DNA of 64,000 nucleotides from NCBI RefSeq assembly GCF_058153355.1, contig NZ_CM177019.1; one strand, 5' to 3'. Shown piece by piece: positions 55,955 to 64,000 of this stretch (position 1 is its first letter; each line of letters starts with the position of its first letter). The notes under the pieces were generated by a model. It saw only the letters and a program-made list of their open reading frames with translations, ran no database searches and was not told where the DNA came from. The position numbers and the translations under genes were made by a program.

Positions 55955-57418
55955 TTAACCTGTGACTTTTTGTTCTCCTGTTTTTCCTGCTGCAGTACGT
56001 TTCTTTAATAAGGCGTAGGCCGCAAAGGCGACAATAACGCCGACAAACCATGAAACGCGTGATAAAGGCTCCATGAACGGAATAAATTTACCACCGAGAG
56101 ATAAAATAACGGCGACCAAAGTTACTGAGAACGCGGTGAGGTTAAAGCCGTTATCGTAATATTTGAAATCCCCTGCTGCGGTATACAGTTCATCAAGATT
56201 AATTTGTCCGCGCATCACCACAAAATAATGCGCCATCATCACACCAATTACTGGACCCAGCATTCCGCCGATAATATCGAGGAACAGATAAATACTGTCC
56301 TGATTTTCCATTAATTTCCACGGGCAGATCAGCAGGCTAATAATACTGGCAATCAGTACGCCGTTTTTATAGGTCAGTTTCGTCGGTGCAATAGCGGCAA
56401 TCTGATAACCAGCCGGAATAATATTACCGGTGGCGTTAGTGGAGATAGTGGAGATAGTCGTCATCAGAATAACCAGTACCGCAAAGAACGAGGCAAACAG
56501 GCTATCCCAACGCTGAACAATATCCAGCACGTTCCAGGTGTCAGCGCCGTAGTGAATACTGGCTCCGGCAATAATACATACCCCGGCGACCGCAAACAGA
56601 ATATAGGCCACAACTAAACCCAGCGTTTGCCCCAGCGCTTGCTCACGAAACGAGTGGGCGTTTTGCGTAAAGTCGGATGCGCTCACCGCCGGTGCCGCCC
56701 AGACCGCAACTACCGCGTTAATCACCACCAGGAACAGGAAGCCACCGTTTTCTGCTTTCTGAATACCGCTCGGAATGTAGTCAAAGATTGGACCGATCCC
56801 GACCAGCGAAATCGCCCAAATCGCCATACCGCCGAAAACGATATAGATGCACGGGTTAAGAATGGCAGTAAATTTATTTAAAACTTTTCCGCCGCCAAAA
56901 CCAATACCAACGTTAACCAGCCAGAAGAGTAAGAAAGTAATTAATCCCGGTAGAGAAAGGCCTAACAGGGTAAAATCACCACCGAGAGTTAAAAATCCCG
57001 GCCAGATTTTGCCAATCAGGATCAAGCAGGCCAGCGATCCGGCGTAACATTGCAGGCCAAACCACATAATGGCAGCAATCCCGCCTCTTAATAATCCGGG
57101 AAACAGTGCACCACGTACGCCATAAGAAGCACGCAGGATCATGGCAAAAGGCACTCCGTATTTACTGCCCGCAGCACCGTTTAATACCATTACCGCGGCA
57201 ATGAAAAAGGCGCTGAGGATAATTGCCAGCATAATACTAAAGGTAGACAAGCCGAGAATAAAAAAGCCGCCGACCATCACATAATTGGGAACGTTGTGTA
57301 CCGAGCCCATCCATAAGGTAAAATAGTTAAATGTTTTCCAGGTCCGCTGGCTTTGCGTTTTCGGCAATAGATCTTCGCTATAGCCGCGTTGCTGGAATAG
57401 TTTTCTCTGATGTTCCAT
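55955..57418 (-). CDS. ybbW: Allantoin transporter YbbW (NCS1 family), 487 aa here
   Basis: 487-aa ORF MEHQRKLFQQRGYSEDLLPKTQSQRTWKTFNYF; contains an in-frame 9-bp tandem repeat encoding TISTIS. Confidence 0.9.
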   Translation of the reverse strand: MEHQRKLFQQRGYSEDLLPKTQSQRTWKTFNYFTLWMGSVHNVPNYVMVGGFFILGLSTFSIMLAIILSAFFIAAVMVLNGAAGSKYGVPFAMILRASYGVRGALFPGLLRGGIAAIMWFGLQCYAGSLACLILIGKIWPGFLTLGGDFTLLGLSLPGLITFLLFWLVNVGIGFGGGKVLNKFTAILNPCIYIVFGGMAIWAISLVGIGPIFDYIPSGIQKAENGGFLFLVVINAVVAVWAAPAVSASDFTQNAHSFREQALGQTLGLVVAYILFAVAGVCIIAGASIHYGADTWNVLDIVQRWDSLFASFFAVLVILMTTISTISTNATGNIIPAGYQIAAIAPTKLTYKNGVLIASIISLLICPWKLMENQDSIYLFLDIIGGMLGPVIGVMMAHYFVVMRGQINLDELYTAAGDFKYYDNGFNLTAFSVTLVAVILSLGGKFIPFMEPLSRVSWFVGVIVAFAAYALLKKRTAAGKTGEQKVTG

Positions 57419-57586
57419 AAATCCCTCTTAATTTCACGTATCGAATAACGTCTTTTTAATCTAGCTATGAGGAACAAATAAAATAAAAATATTATTTTTA
57501 ATACTGAAGCAACATCTTTGGCTGCTTTCTTTTTTAATATTGCTGGCCGATTCATTTTCTGATATCGGCCATTTTTATTGCGGGTA

Positions 57587-58465
57587 TCAGGCCAGTTTAT
57601 GGTTAGCCATTAATTCCAGCGCCTGCACTAACGCAGAGTGATCCAACTGGCTGCCACCGTTTGCCGCACAGGTATTAAATAACTCCTGGCAGGTCGCGGT
57701 GTTTGGCAGGTTCAGCGCCAGTGCTTTCGCACTTTGCAGTGCCAGGTTGAGATCTTTCTGGTGCAGCGCAATTTTGAAACCTGGATTAAAGGTGCGTTTA
57801 ATCATGCGCTCACCGTGAACTTCCAGAATACGTGAGGAAGCAAAGCCGCCCATTAGTGCCTGGCGAACACGCACCGGATCAGCCCCTGCTTTCGAAGCAA
57901 ATAGCAGGGCTTCAGAAACCGCTTCAATATTGAGCGCCACGATAATCTGATTTGCCACTTTGCAGGTTTGACCGTCGCCGTTACCGCCCACGAGGGTGAT
58001 ATTTTTACCGAGCAGTTCAAACAGCGGTTTAACACGTTCAAATACCGCTTCGTCACCGCCAACCATAATCGACAACGTCCCTTCACGCGCGCCGATTTCA
58101 CCGCCGGAGACGGGCGCATCGAGATAATCACCGCCCAGTTCATTCACCTGACGAGCGAAACGTTTAGTTTCGATCGGGGAAATGGAGCTCATATCAACAA
58201 TGGTTTTGCCCTTCAGCGAGGCTTTGGTACAACCATTTTCACCAAACAGAACTTCTTCAACCTGTGGCGTATCCGGCACCATAATAAAAATGATGTCCGA
58301 TGCTTCCGTTACCTGGCGCGCAGTTTCAACACTGACGGCACCCAGTGACAGTAATTCATCAGCAACCGGACCAATGGTTGTGACATGCAGTTGATGACCG
58401 GCACGCGCCAGATTAATGGCCATCGGTGTACCCATAATGCCTAAGCCAATAAATCCCAGTTTCAT
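57587..58465 (-). CDS. glxR: Tartronate semialdehyde reductase 2 GlxR, 292 aa
   Basis: 292-aa ORF MKLGFIGLGIMGTPMAINLARAGHQL with NAD-binding Rossmann motif. Confidence 0.93.
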   Translation of the reverse strand: MKLGFIGLGIMGTPMAINLARAGHQLHVTTIGPVADELLSLGAVSVETARQVTEASDIIFIMVPDTPQVEEVLFGENGCTKASLKGKTIVDMSSISPIETKRFARQVNELGGDYLDAPVSGGEIGAREGTLSIMVGGDEAVFERVKPLFELLGKNITLVGGNGDGQTCKVANQIIVALNIEAVSEALLFASKAGADPVRVRQALMGGFASSRILEVHGERMIKRTFNPGFKIALHQKDLNLALQSAKALALNLPNTATCQELFNTCAANGGSQLDHSALVQALELMANHKLA

Positions 58466-58564
58466 AATTAACCTCTTTTAAATTTCGCTTTTCCTGAATT
58501 CAGACAACACGATCCCCTGCCAACTTAGCGGCCTAAAAAAGCATTGCCTGAACAGCGTTACGTT

Positions 58565-59341
58565 TTAACGGTACGGATCCATCCAGCGTAAACCGGCTTC
58601 CGTGGTGGTTTGGGGTTTATATTCACACCCAACCCAACCGTTGTAGTCAGAATTTTCAATTACCGTAAAGAGATACTCATAATTAATTTCTCCGGTTCCC
58701 GGTTCGCCGCGATGCGGATTATCGGCAATTTGCAGGTGACCAATTTTATCGGCCCATTGAGTCATAGTGTTGGTTAATTCACCTTCCATCCGCTGCATAT
58801 GATAAATGTCATACTGAATTTTCAAATTGCAGCAACCAACATCATCAATCAGTTTCAGCGCCTGCCGAGTTCTGGTGAGATGGAAACCAGGAATATCAAA
58901 ATGGTTGATAGGTTCAATCAGTAATAAAATATCTTCTTTCATCAGCATATTCGCGGCATAACGCAGGTTTTCTACAAGCGTTGCGTGAATCTGTTCACTG
59001 CTGAAACCAGCCGGCGTTTTACCGACCAGACAGTTAATTTTTTTATTACCCAGCGCACGAACATAACGAATCGCTGCTGCTACGCCATCCCGAAACTCTT
59101 CTTCACGGCCAGGAATACAAGCAATACCCCGCTCGCCCGCCGCCCAGTCACCCGCCGGTAAATTGTGCAGCGTATGTTCGAGTTTATTACTCGCCAGCAC
59201 CTGTTTTAATTCTTCAATGTCGTAGTCATAAGGAAACATAAATTCAACGCCGCGAAAACCACACTGCGCAGCTTTCTCAAAACGGGCGAGAAAATCATAT
59301 TCACCAAATAACATCGATAAATTCGCAGAGAAACGTAACAT
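58565..59341 (-). CDS. hyi: Hydroxypyruvate isomerase Hyi, 258 aa
   Basis: 258-aa ORF MLRFSANLSMLFGEYDFLARFEKAAQCGFRGVEF; TIM-barrel isomerase. Confidence 0.93.
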   Translation of the reverse strand: MLRFSANLSMLFGEYDFLARFEKAAQCGFRGVEFMFPYDYDIEELKQVLASNKLEHTLHNLPAGDWAAGERGIACIPGREEEFRDGVAAAIRYVRALGNKKINCLVGKTPAGFSSEQIHATLVENLRYAANMLMKEDILLLIEPINHFDIPGFHLTRTRQALKLIDDVGCCNLKIQYDIYHMQRMEGELTNTMTQWADKIGHLQIADNPHRGEPGTGEINYEYLFTVIENSDYNGWVGCEYKPQTTTEAGLRWMDPYR

Positions 59342-59353
59342 TATTTATCTCCC

Positions 59354-61135
59354 TTATTCATAGTGCATGAAGCAGGTTTCAGTCGGTGCGTCCGCTGCGT
59401 TATCGGCGATATCTTCAAATTCCATGACGTTATCCAGTTCGCTGCCCATCGAAATATTGGTCACACGCTCGAGAATAACTTCCACGACTACCGGTACCCG
59501 ATATTGCGCCATTAAGGCTTTCGCCTGTTCAAAGGCCGGTGCAATATCTTCCGGTTTGAAAACGCGAATCGCTTTACAACCTAAACCTTCCGCTACTTTT
59601 ACGTGGTCTACGCCGTAACCGTTCACTTCGCTGGAGTTAATATTTTCGAATGCGAGCTGTACGCAGTAATCCATATCAAAGGCGCGCTGCGACTGGCGAA
59701 TCAGACCCAGATAGGCGTTATTCACCAGTACATGGATGTACGGAATGTTGAACTGTGCGCCAACGGCTAACTCTTCAATCAGGAACTGGAAGTCGAAGTC
59801 ACCGGAAATCGCCACCACATTGCGCTCTGGATCAGCGGCACACACGCCCAGCGCCGCCGGAATGGTCCAGCCCAACGGGCCTGCCTGCCCACAGTTGATC
59901 CAGTGGCGGTCTTTAAAGACATGCAGCATTTGTGCCGCAGCGATTTGTGACAGACCAATGGTGGTGACATAACAAACATCGCGACCAAAGGCTTTGTTCA
60001 TCTCTTCATACACGCGCTGCGGTTTCACCGGCACATTGTCGAAGTGGGTTTTGCGCAGCAAAGTGCGTTTGCGCTGCTGGCAGTCGGCGACCCATTCTTT
60101 ACGACACGGCAGACGACCCGCTTTTTGCATCTCCTGCGCCACTTCAACCAGTAAAGTCAGGGCAGCTTTAGCATCAGAGACAATCCCCAGATCCGGGCAC
60201 AGCACGCGGCCAATTTGCGTCGGCTCAATATCGATATGGACGATTTTGCGCCCTTCGGTGTATTTCTCTACCGAACCGGTATGACGGTTGGCGAAACGGT
60301 TACCGATACCAAACACCAGGTCGGACGCCAGCAGCGTTGCATTACCGTAACGATGCGCGGTTTGCAGACCCACCATCCCGGCCATCAGTTCATGATCGTC
60401 CGGAATACAGCCCCAGCCCATCAGCGTTGGGATCACCGGAACGCTGGTCAGTTCAGCAAACTGTTGTAACAGTGCAGCTGCGTCAGCATTGATGACCCCG
60501 CCCCCAGCAACAATTACCGGACGTTCAGCCTGGATTAACATTTCGACCGCTTTTTCAATCTGCATACGGCTGGCCGCTGGTTTGTAGACCGGCAACGGTT
60601 CGTACATGTCAGGATCAAACTCGATTTCCGCCACCTGAACGTCGAACGGTAAATCCACCAGTACCGGACCCGGACGACCAGAACGCATCAGGTGAAATGC
60701 CTGTTGCAGCACACGAGGCACGAGCGCCGCTTCACGTACTGTAACCGCCATTTTACTTACCGGCTTGGCGATAGCTTCGATATCAACAGCCTGGAAATCT
60801 TCTTTATGCAGACGAGCACGCGGTGCCTGACCAGTGATGCACAAAATAGGAATGGAATCAGCAGAAGCGGAATAGAGCGCGGTGATCATGTCCGTGCCCG
60901 CAGGACCGGAAGTCCCCAGACATACGCCGATATTCCCTGCCGTTGCGCGGGTATAACCTTCCGCCATGTGCGAAGCACCTTCCACATGACGCGCCAGAAT
61001 GTGACGAATACCGCCGTGCTTACGCATCGCTGAGTAGAACGGATTGATTGCAGCTCCCGGAACGCCGAAGGCGGTGGTGATACCTTCTTTCTCCAGCACA
61101 TACATTGCCGCGTCAACGGCTCTCATTTTTGCCAT
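59354..61135 (-). CDS. gcl: Glyoxylate carboligase (tartronate-semialdehyde synthase) Gcl, 593 aa
   Basis: ORF track 59354..61225; ATG at 61135 gives [34 protein letters not shown]; ThDP-dependent enzyme. Confidence 0.95.
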   Translation of the reverse strand: MAKMRAVDAAMYVLEKEGITTAFGVPGAAINPFYSAMRKHGGIRHILARHVEGASHMAEGYTRATAGNIGVCLGTSGPAGTDMITALYSASADSIPILCITGQAPRARLHKEDFQAVDIEAIAKPVSKMAVTVREAALVPRVLQQAFHLMRSGRPGPVLVDLPFDVQVAEIEFDPDMYEPLPVYKPAASRMQIEKAVEMLIQAERPVIVAGGGVINADAAALLQQFAELTSVPVIPTLMGWGCIPDDHELMAGMVGLQTAHRYGNATLLASDLVFGIGNRFANRHTGSVEKYTEGRKIVHIDIEPTQIGRVLCPDLGIVSDAKAALTLLVEVAQEMQKAGRLPCRKEWVADCQQRKRTLLRKTHFDNVPVKPQRVYEEMNKAFGRDVCYVTTIGLSQIAAAQMLHVFKDRHWINCGQAGPLGWTIPAALGVCAADPERNVVAISGDFDFQFLIEELAVGAQFNIPYIHVLVNNAYLGLIRQSQRAFDMDYCVQLAFENINSSEVNGYGVDHVKVAEGLGCKAIRVFKPEDIAPAFEQAKALMAQYRVPVVVEVILERVTNISMGSELDNVMEFEDIADNAADAPTETCFMHYE

Positions 61136-61155
61136 TTTATTCCTACCTCTATTAA

Positions 61156-61172
61156 TTGGAAAAATTTTCCAA
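61156..61172. promoter_or_regulatory. Candidate AllR operator upstream of gcl
   Basis: Perfect palindrome ttggaaaaattttccaa 21 bp upstream of the gcl start; same half-sites as the palindrome in the allA-allS intergenic region. Confidence 0.6.
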
Positions 61173-61184
61173 CTTTCAAATTTT

Positions 61185-61215
61185 GTCAAAAAAACCCGCT
61201 CCGCAGAGCGGGATG
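61185..61215 (-). terminator. Rho-independent terminator downstream of allR
   Basis: Minus-strand hairpin cccgctctgcggagcggg followed by a T-run, just after the allR stop. Confidence 0.55.
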
Positions 61216-61224
61216 CGACAGACA

Positions 61225-62040
61225 CTATGGATGTGCTTTCAGTCCCAACGCCGTGCTGATATCGCGGGCGGTGTCTCTGACCAGCTCACCCTGACTGACA
61301 AAACGATCTTCTGTCAGTCTTGATGAAGGCCCGGAGATGGAGATAGCGGCAACAACGCCACCTACATCATCGTAAATTGCTGAAGCTATGCAATTCAGAC
61401 CTACAACATGCTCTTCTTTATCTACGGTATAGCCCAGTTCACGCGCTTGTTCCAGGTCCTTCAGCAAGGTGGGCATATCCACAAGCGTAGTTGGCGTAAA
61501 CTGCTGCAAACCGGTTTGCAGAATGATGCTCATCAACTCCTCTTCCGCCAGCGGATAAAGCAGCGCTTTGCCCGCACCGGAAGCATGCAGCGGCAGACGA
61601 CTGCCCAGCGGCGCACACATCCTGACCATCGATTTACATTCTAACTGACCAATTAATACTGCTTCATTGCCGTTACGAATCGCGACATTGACCGTTTCGC
61701 CGGAAAGTAACATCAGGCGGCGCATAAATGGCCCAGCGACGGAGAGGACATCGCGGTTATGGATGTACGCCGCACCGACGTTAAAGACACCTAATCCTAT
61801 ATGCCACCAGCCTAACTGACTGTCCTGATAGACAAAATCCGCTGCCTGTAAAACCTTCAGCAAGCGAAAGGTCGTGGAGAGCGGCAAATCCAGATTGAGA
61901 GAAATATCGCTAACCGACGAACTTCCCCCACTTTTTTCCAGATATTGCAGAATCGCAATTCCCCGCTCTAACGCCTGTGCGCCCTTTTGTGCCACAGGCT
62001 CCGCCTGTCCTGGCCTGCCGCGCCGTCTAACTTCCGTCAT
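61225..62040 (-). CDS. allR: IclR-family repressor of the allantoin regulon AllR, 271 aa
   Basis: 271-aa [37 protein letters not shown] with IclR HTH and effector domain. Confidence 0.92.
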   Translation of the reverse strand: MTEVRRRGRPGQAEPVAQKGAQALERGIAILQYLEKSGGSSSVSDISLNLDLPLSTTFRLLKVLQAADFVYQDSQLGWWHIGLGVFNVGAAYIHNRDVLSVAGPFMRRLMLLSGETVNVAIRNGNEAVLIGQLECKSMVRMCAPLGSRLPLHASGAGKALLYPLAEEELMSIILQTGLQQFTPTTLVDMPTLLKDLEQARELGYTVDKEEHVVGLNCIASAIYDDVGGVVAAISISGPSSRLTEDRFVSQGELVRDTARDISTALGLKAHP

Positions 62041-62117
62041 ACCTACGTTAACTCCGACCTACAAGTGAGCATAAACAATGAACAATTAGTTTATCTTATG
62101 CAAGTCGGTTGCAGGCG

Positions 62118-62600
62118 TCACGCAAAACAGAGTTCCTGTTCAGGAATACTTTCAACATCACAGTTGTCACTGCCGCCGCGATCGATGGTCAGAAAATCGG
62201 TGACGCGCTGCCAGGCGAAAAGTGGGTGATGCCAGACGTTACGATGATAATTCACTCCCTGTTCACCGTTGGTGATAAACGCCCGCAGCGTTGACAGGTC
62301 TGGTTTGTCGTCACCTAACGCCACGACCACCACAAACACTTCACCTTTCATCGGGATAAAGGCCTGAGTGCCCAGCGGATGACGTTCGAGTTCGTGAATG
62401 GTCAGCGGCAGATTCGCCGGTTGCGCGCGGTTAATGCTGATAAGCGTACGGTCTTGCTCAAGAATCTCAACCAGCGCCAAATCGTGGTAACGCTCCACCA
62501 GGCCATTGTTAATATGGAAAAAATCCCGTTGCTGCGTTTCGATTACGTCGCCATAAGCACTAAAGGCTTCCTGACTTAACGGTAATACCTGAAGTTTCAT
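62118..62600 (-). CDS. allA: Ureidoglycolate lyase AllA, 160 aa
   Basis: 160-aa cupin [24 protein letters not shown]. Confidence 0.92.
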
Positions 62601-62704
62601 CTTTTTGTCCTTGTAACATAATTCCGTTCAACCACCGCCGACCGGACAATGTGGTTCAATAACAGGCAATCTAAAACCTTAAGAGAACAACATCAATACA
62701 AAAG

Positions 62705-62721
62705 TTGGAATATTTTTCCAA
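62705..62721. promoter_or_regulatory. Candidate AllR operator in the divergent allA / allS intergenic region
   Basis: Perfect palindrome ttggaatatttttccaa; shares TTGGAA/TTCCAA half-sites with the gcl-upstream palindrome. Confidence 0.6.
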
Positions 62722-62828
62722 AACTAGATTTAGTCCACAAATCACACAGGGTTATCATGTAAAAATACTGATAAATCAGAGGATAAGAAAATCACGCAAC
62801 TTGCGGATTTAAAAGGGGATACCTGAAG

Positions 62829-63755
62829 ATGTTCGATCCAGAAACCTTGCGGACTTTCATTGCGGTTGCTGAAACAGGAAGTTTTTCAAAAGCGGCAGAA
62901 CGATTATGTAAAACCACGGCGACGATCAGTTATCGCATTAAACTTCTGGAAGAGAATACCGGAGTGGCGCTGTTTTTCCGCACGACTCGCAGCGTGACGT
63001 TGACAGCGGCTGGCGAGCATCTACTTTCTCAGGCCAGAGACTGGCTGAGCTGGCTGGAAAGTATGCCCAGCGAGCTGCAACAGGTGAATGATGGCGTGGA
63101 ACGCCAGGTGAATATTGTCATCAACAACCTGCTCTACAACCCCCAGGCCGTCGCCCAGCTGCTGGCGTGGCTGAATGAACGTTACCCCTTTACCCAGTTT
63201 CACATCTCCCGACAAATCTATATGGGCGTCTGGGACTCGCTATTGTACGAAGGTTTTTCACTGGCTATCGGCGTCACGGGAACCGAGGCGCTGGCAAATA
63301 CCTTTAGTCTTGATCCCTTAGGATCGGTGCAATGGCGCTTTGTCATGGCGGCGGATCATCCGCTGGCGAAAGTTGAAGAGCCGCTAACAGAAGCGCAGTT
63401 GCGGCGCTTTCCGGCGGTTAATATTGAAGACAGCGCCCGCACCTTAACCAAGCGCGTCGCCTGGCGTTTGCCGGGGCAAAAAGAGATTATTGTTCCCGAT
63501 ATGGAAACGAAAATCGCCGCCCATCTGGCGGGCGTTGGCATTGGTTTTTTGCCAAAATCACTTTGCCAGTCAATGATCGATAATCAACAATTGATCTGCC
63601 GGGTAATCCCAACGATGCGCCCTCCTTCGCCATTGAGTCTGGCATGGCGCAAATTTGGCAGTGGCAAAGCGGTAGAAGATATTGTGGCCTTGTTTACCCA
63701 GCGCAGGCCGGAAATCAGCGGATTTTTAGAAATTTTCGGCAACCCACGCAGTTAA
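62829..63755 (+). CDS. allS: LysR-family activator of allD, AllS, 308 aa
   Basis: 308-aa [29 protein letters not shown] with LysR-type HTH. Confidence 0.9.
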   Translation: MFDPETLRTFIAVAETGSFSKAAERLCKTTATISYRIKLLEENTGVALFFRTTRSVTLTAAGEHLLSQARDWLSWLESMPSELQQVNDGVERQVNIVINNLLYNPQAVAQLLAWLNERYPFTQFHISRQIYMGVWDSLLYEGFSLAIGVTGTEALANTFSLDPLGSVQWRFVMAADHPLAKVEEPLTEAQLRRFPAVNIEDSARTLTKRVAWRLPGQKEIIVPDMETKIAAHLAGVGIGFLPKSLCQSMIDNQQLICRVIPTMRPPSPLSLAWRKFGSGKAVEDIVALFTQRRPEISGFLEIFGNPRS

Positions 63756-63808
63756 AAATCAAGTTTCCTTGCGCGTTGGCGCGTAAAATAGCGTGCAAGC
63801 TGATTTGA

Positions 63809-64000
<192 letters not shown>

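Overview
This window reads as an Escherichia coli chromosomal segment with a K-12-like backbone; all gene identifications are from recalled protein sequences and synteny, with no database search run. In order it carries: the enterobactin genes (entF 5-prime part, ybdZ, fes, divergent Fur-regulated fepA-entD); two tandem hok/sok-type toxin loci; ybdK-ybdJ-ybdF-nfsB-ybdG(mscM); pheP; the copper/silver efflux system cusCFBA with divergent cusRS; an AT-rich islet with one unassigned 148-aa ORF; the nfrB-nfrA-ybcH operon; envY; tRNA-Arg (argU); a frameshifted fimZ; the sfmACDHF chaperone-usher fimbrial operon; folD-ybcJ-ybcI, cysS, ppiB-lpxH, purEK; and the allantoin/glyoxylate cluster (ybcF-ylbF-ylbE-fdrA, allDC-ylbA, glxK-ybbY-allB-ybbW-glxR-hyi-gcl, allR, allA, allS) ending in the start of selU/ybbB. 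Points worth a second look are the unoccupied DLP12 prophage site at argU (no ompT/appY, no IS186 near entD), the tandem duplication of the hok locus, the 1-bp frameshift in fimZ, the AT-rich islet ORF between cusS and nfrB, and a 9-bp in-frame tandem repeat in ybbW. No CRISPR array, rRNA or intact mobile element was seen. Gene starts were chosen by matching recalled N-termini and are approximate where noted.
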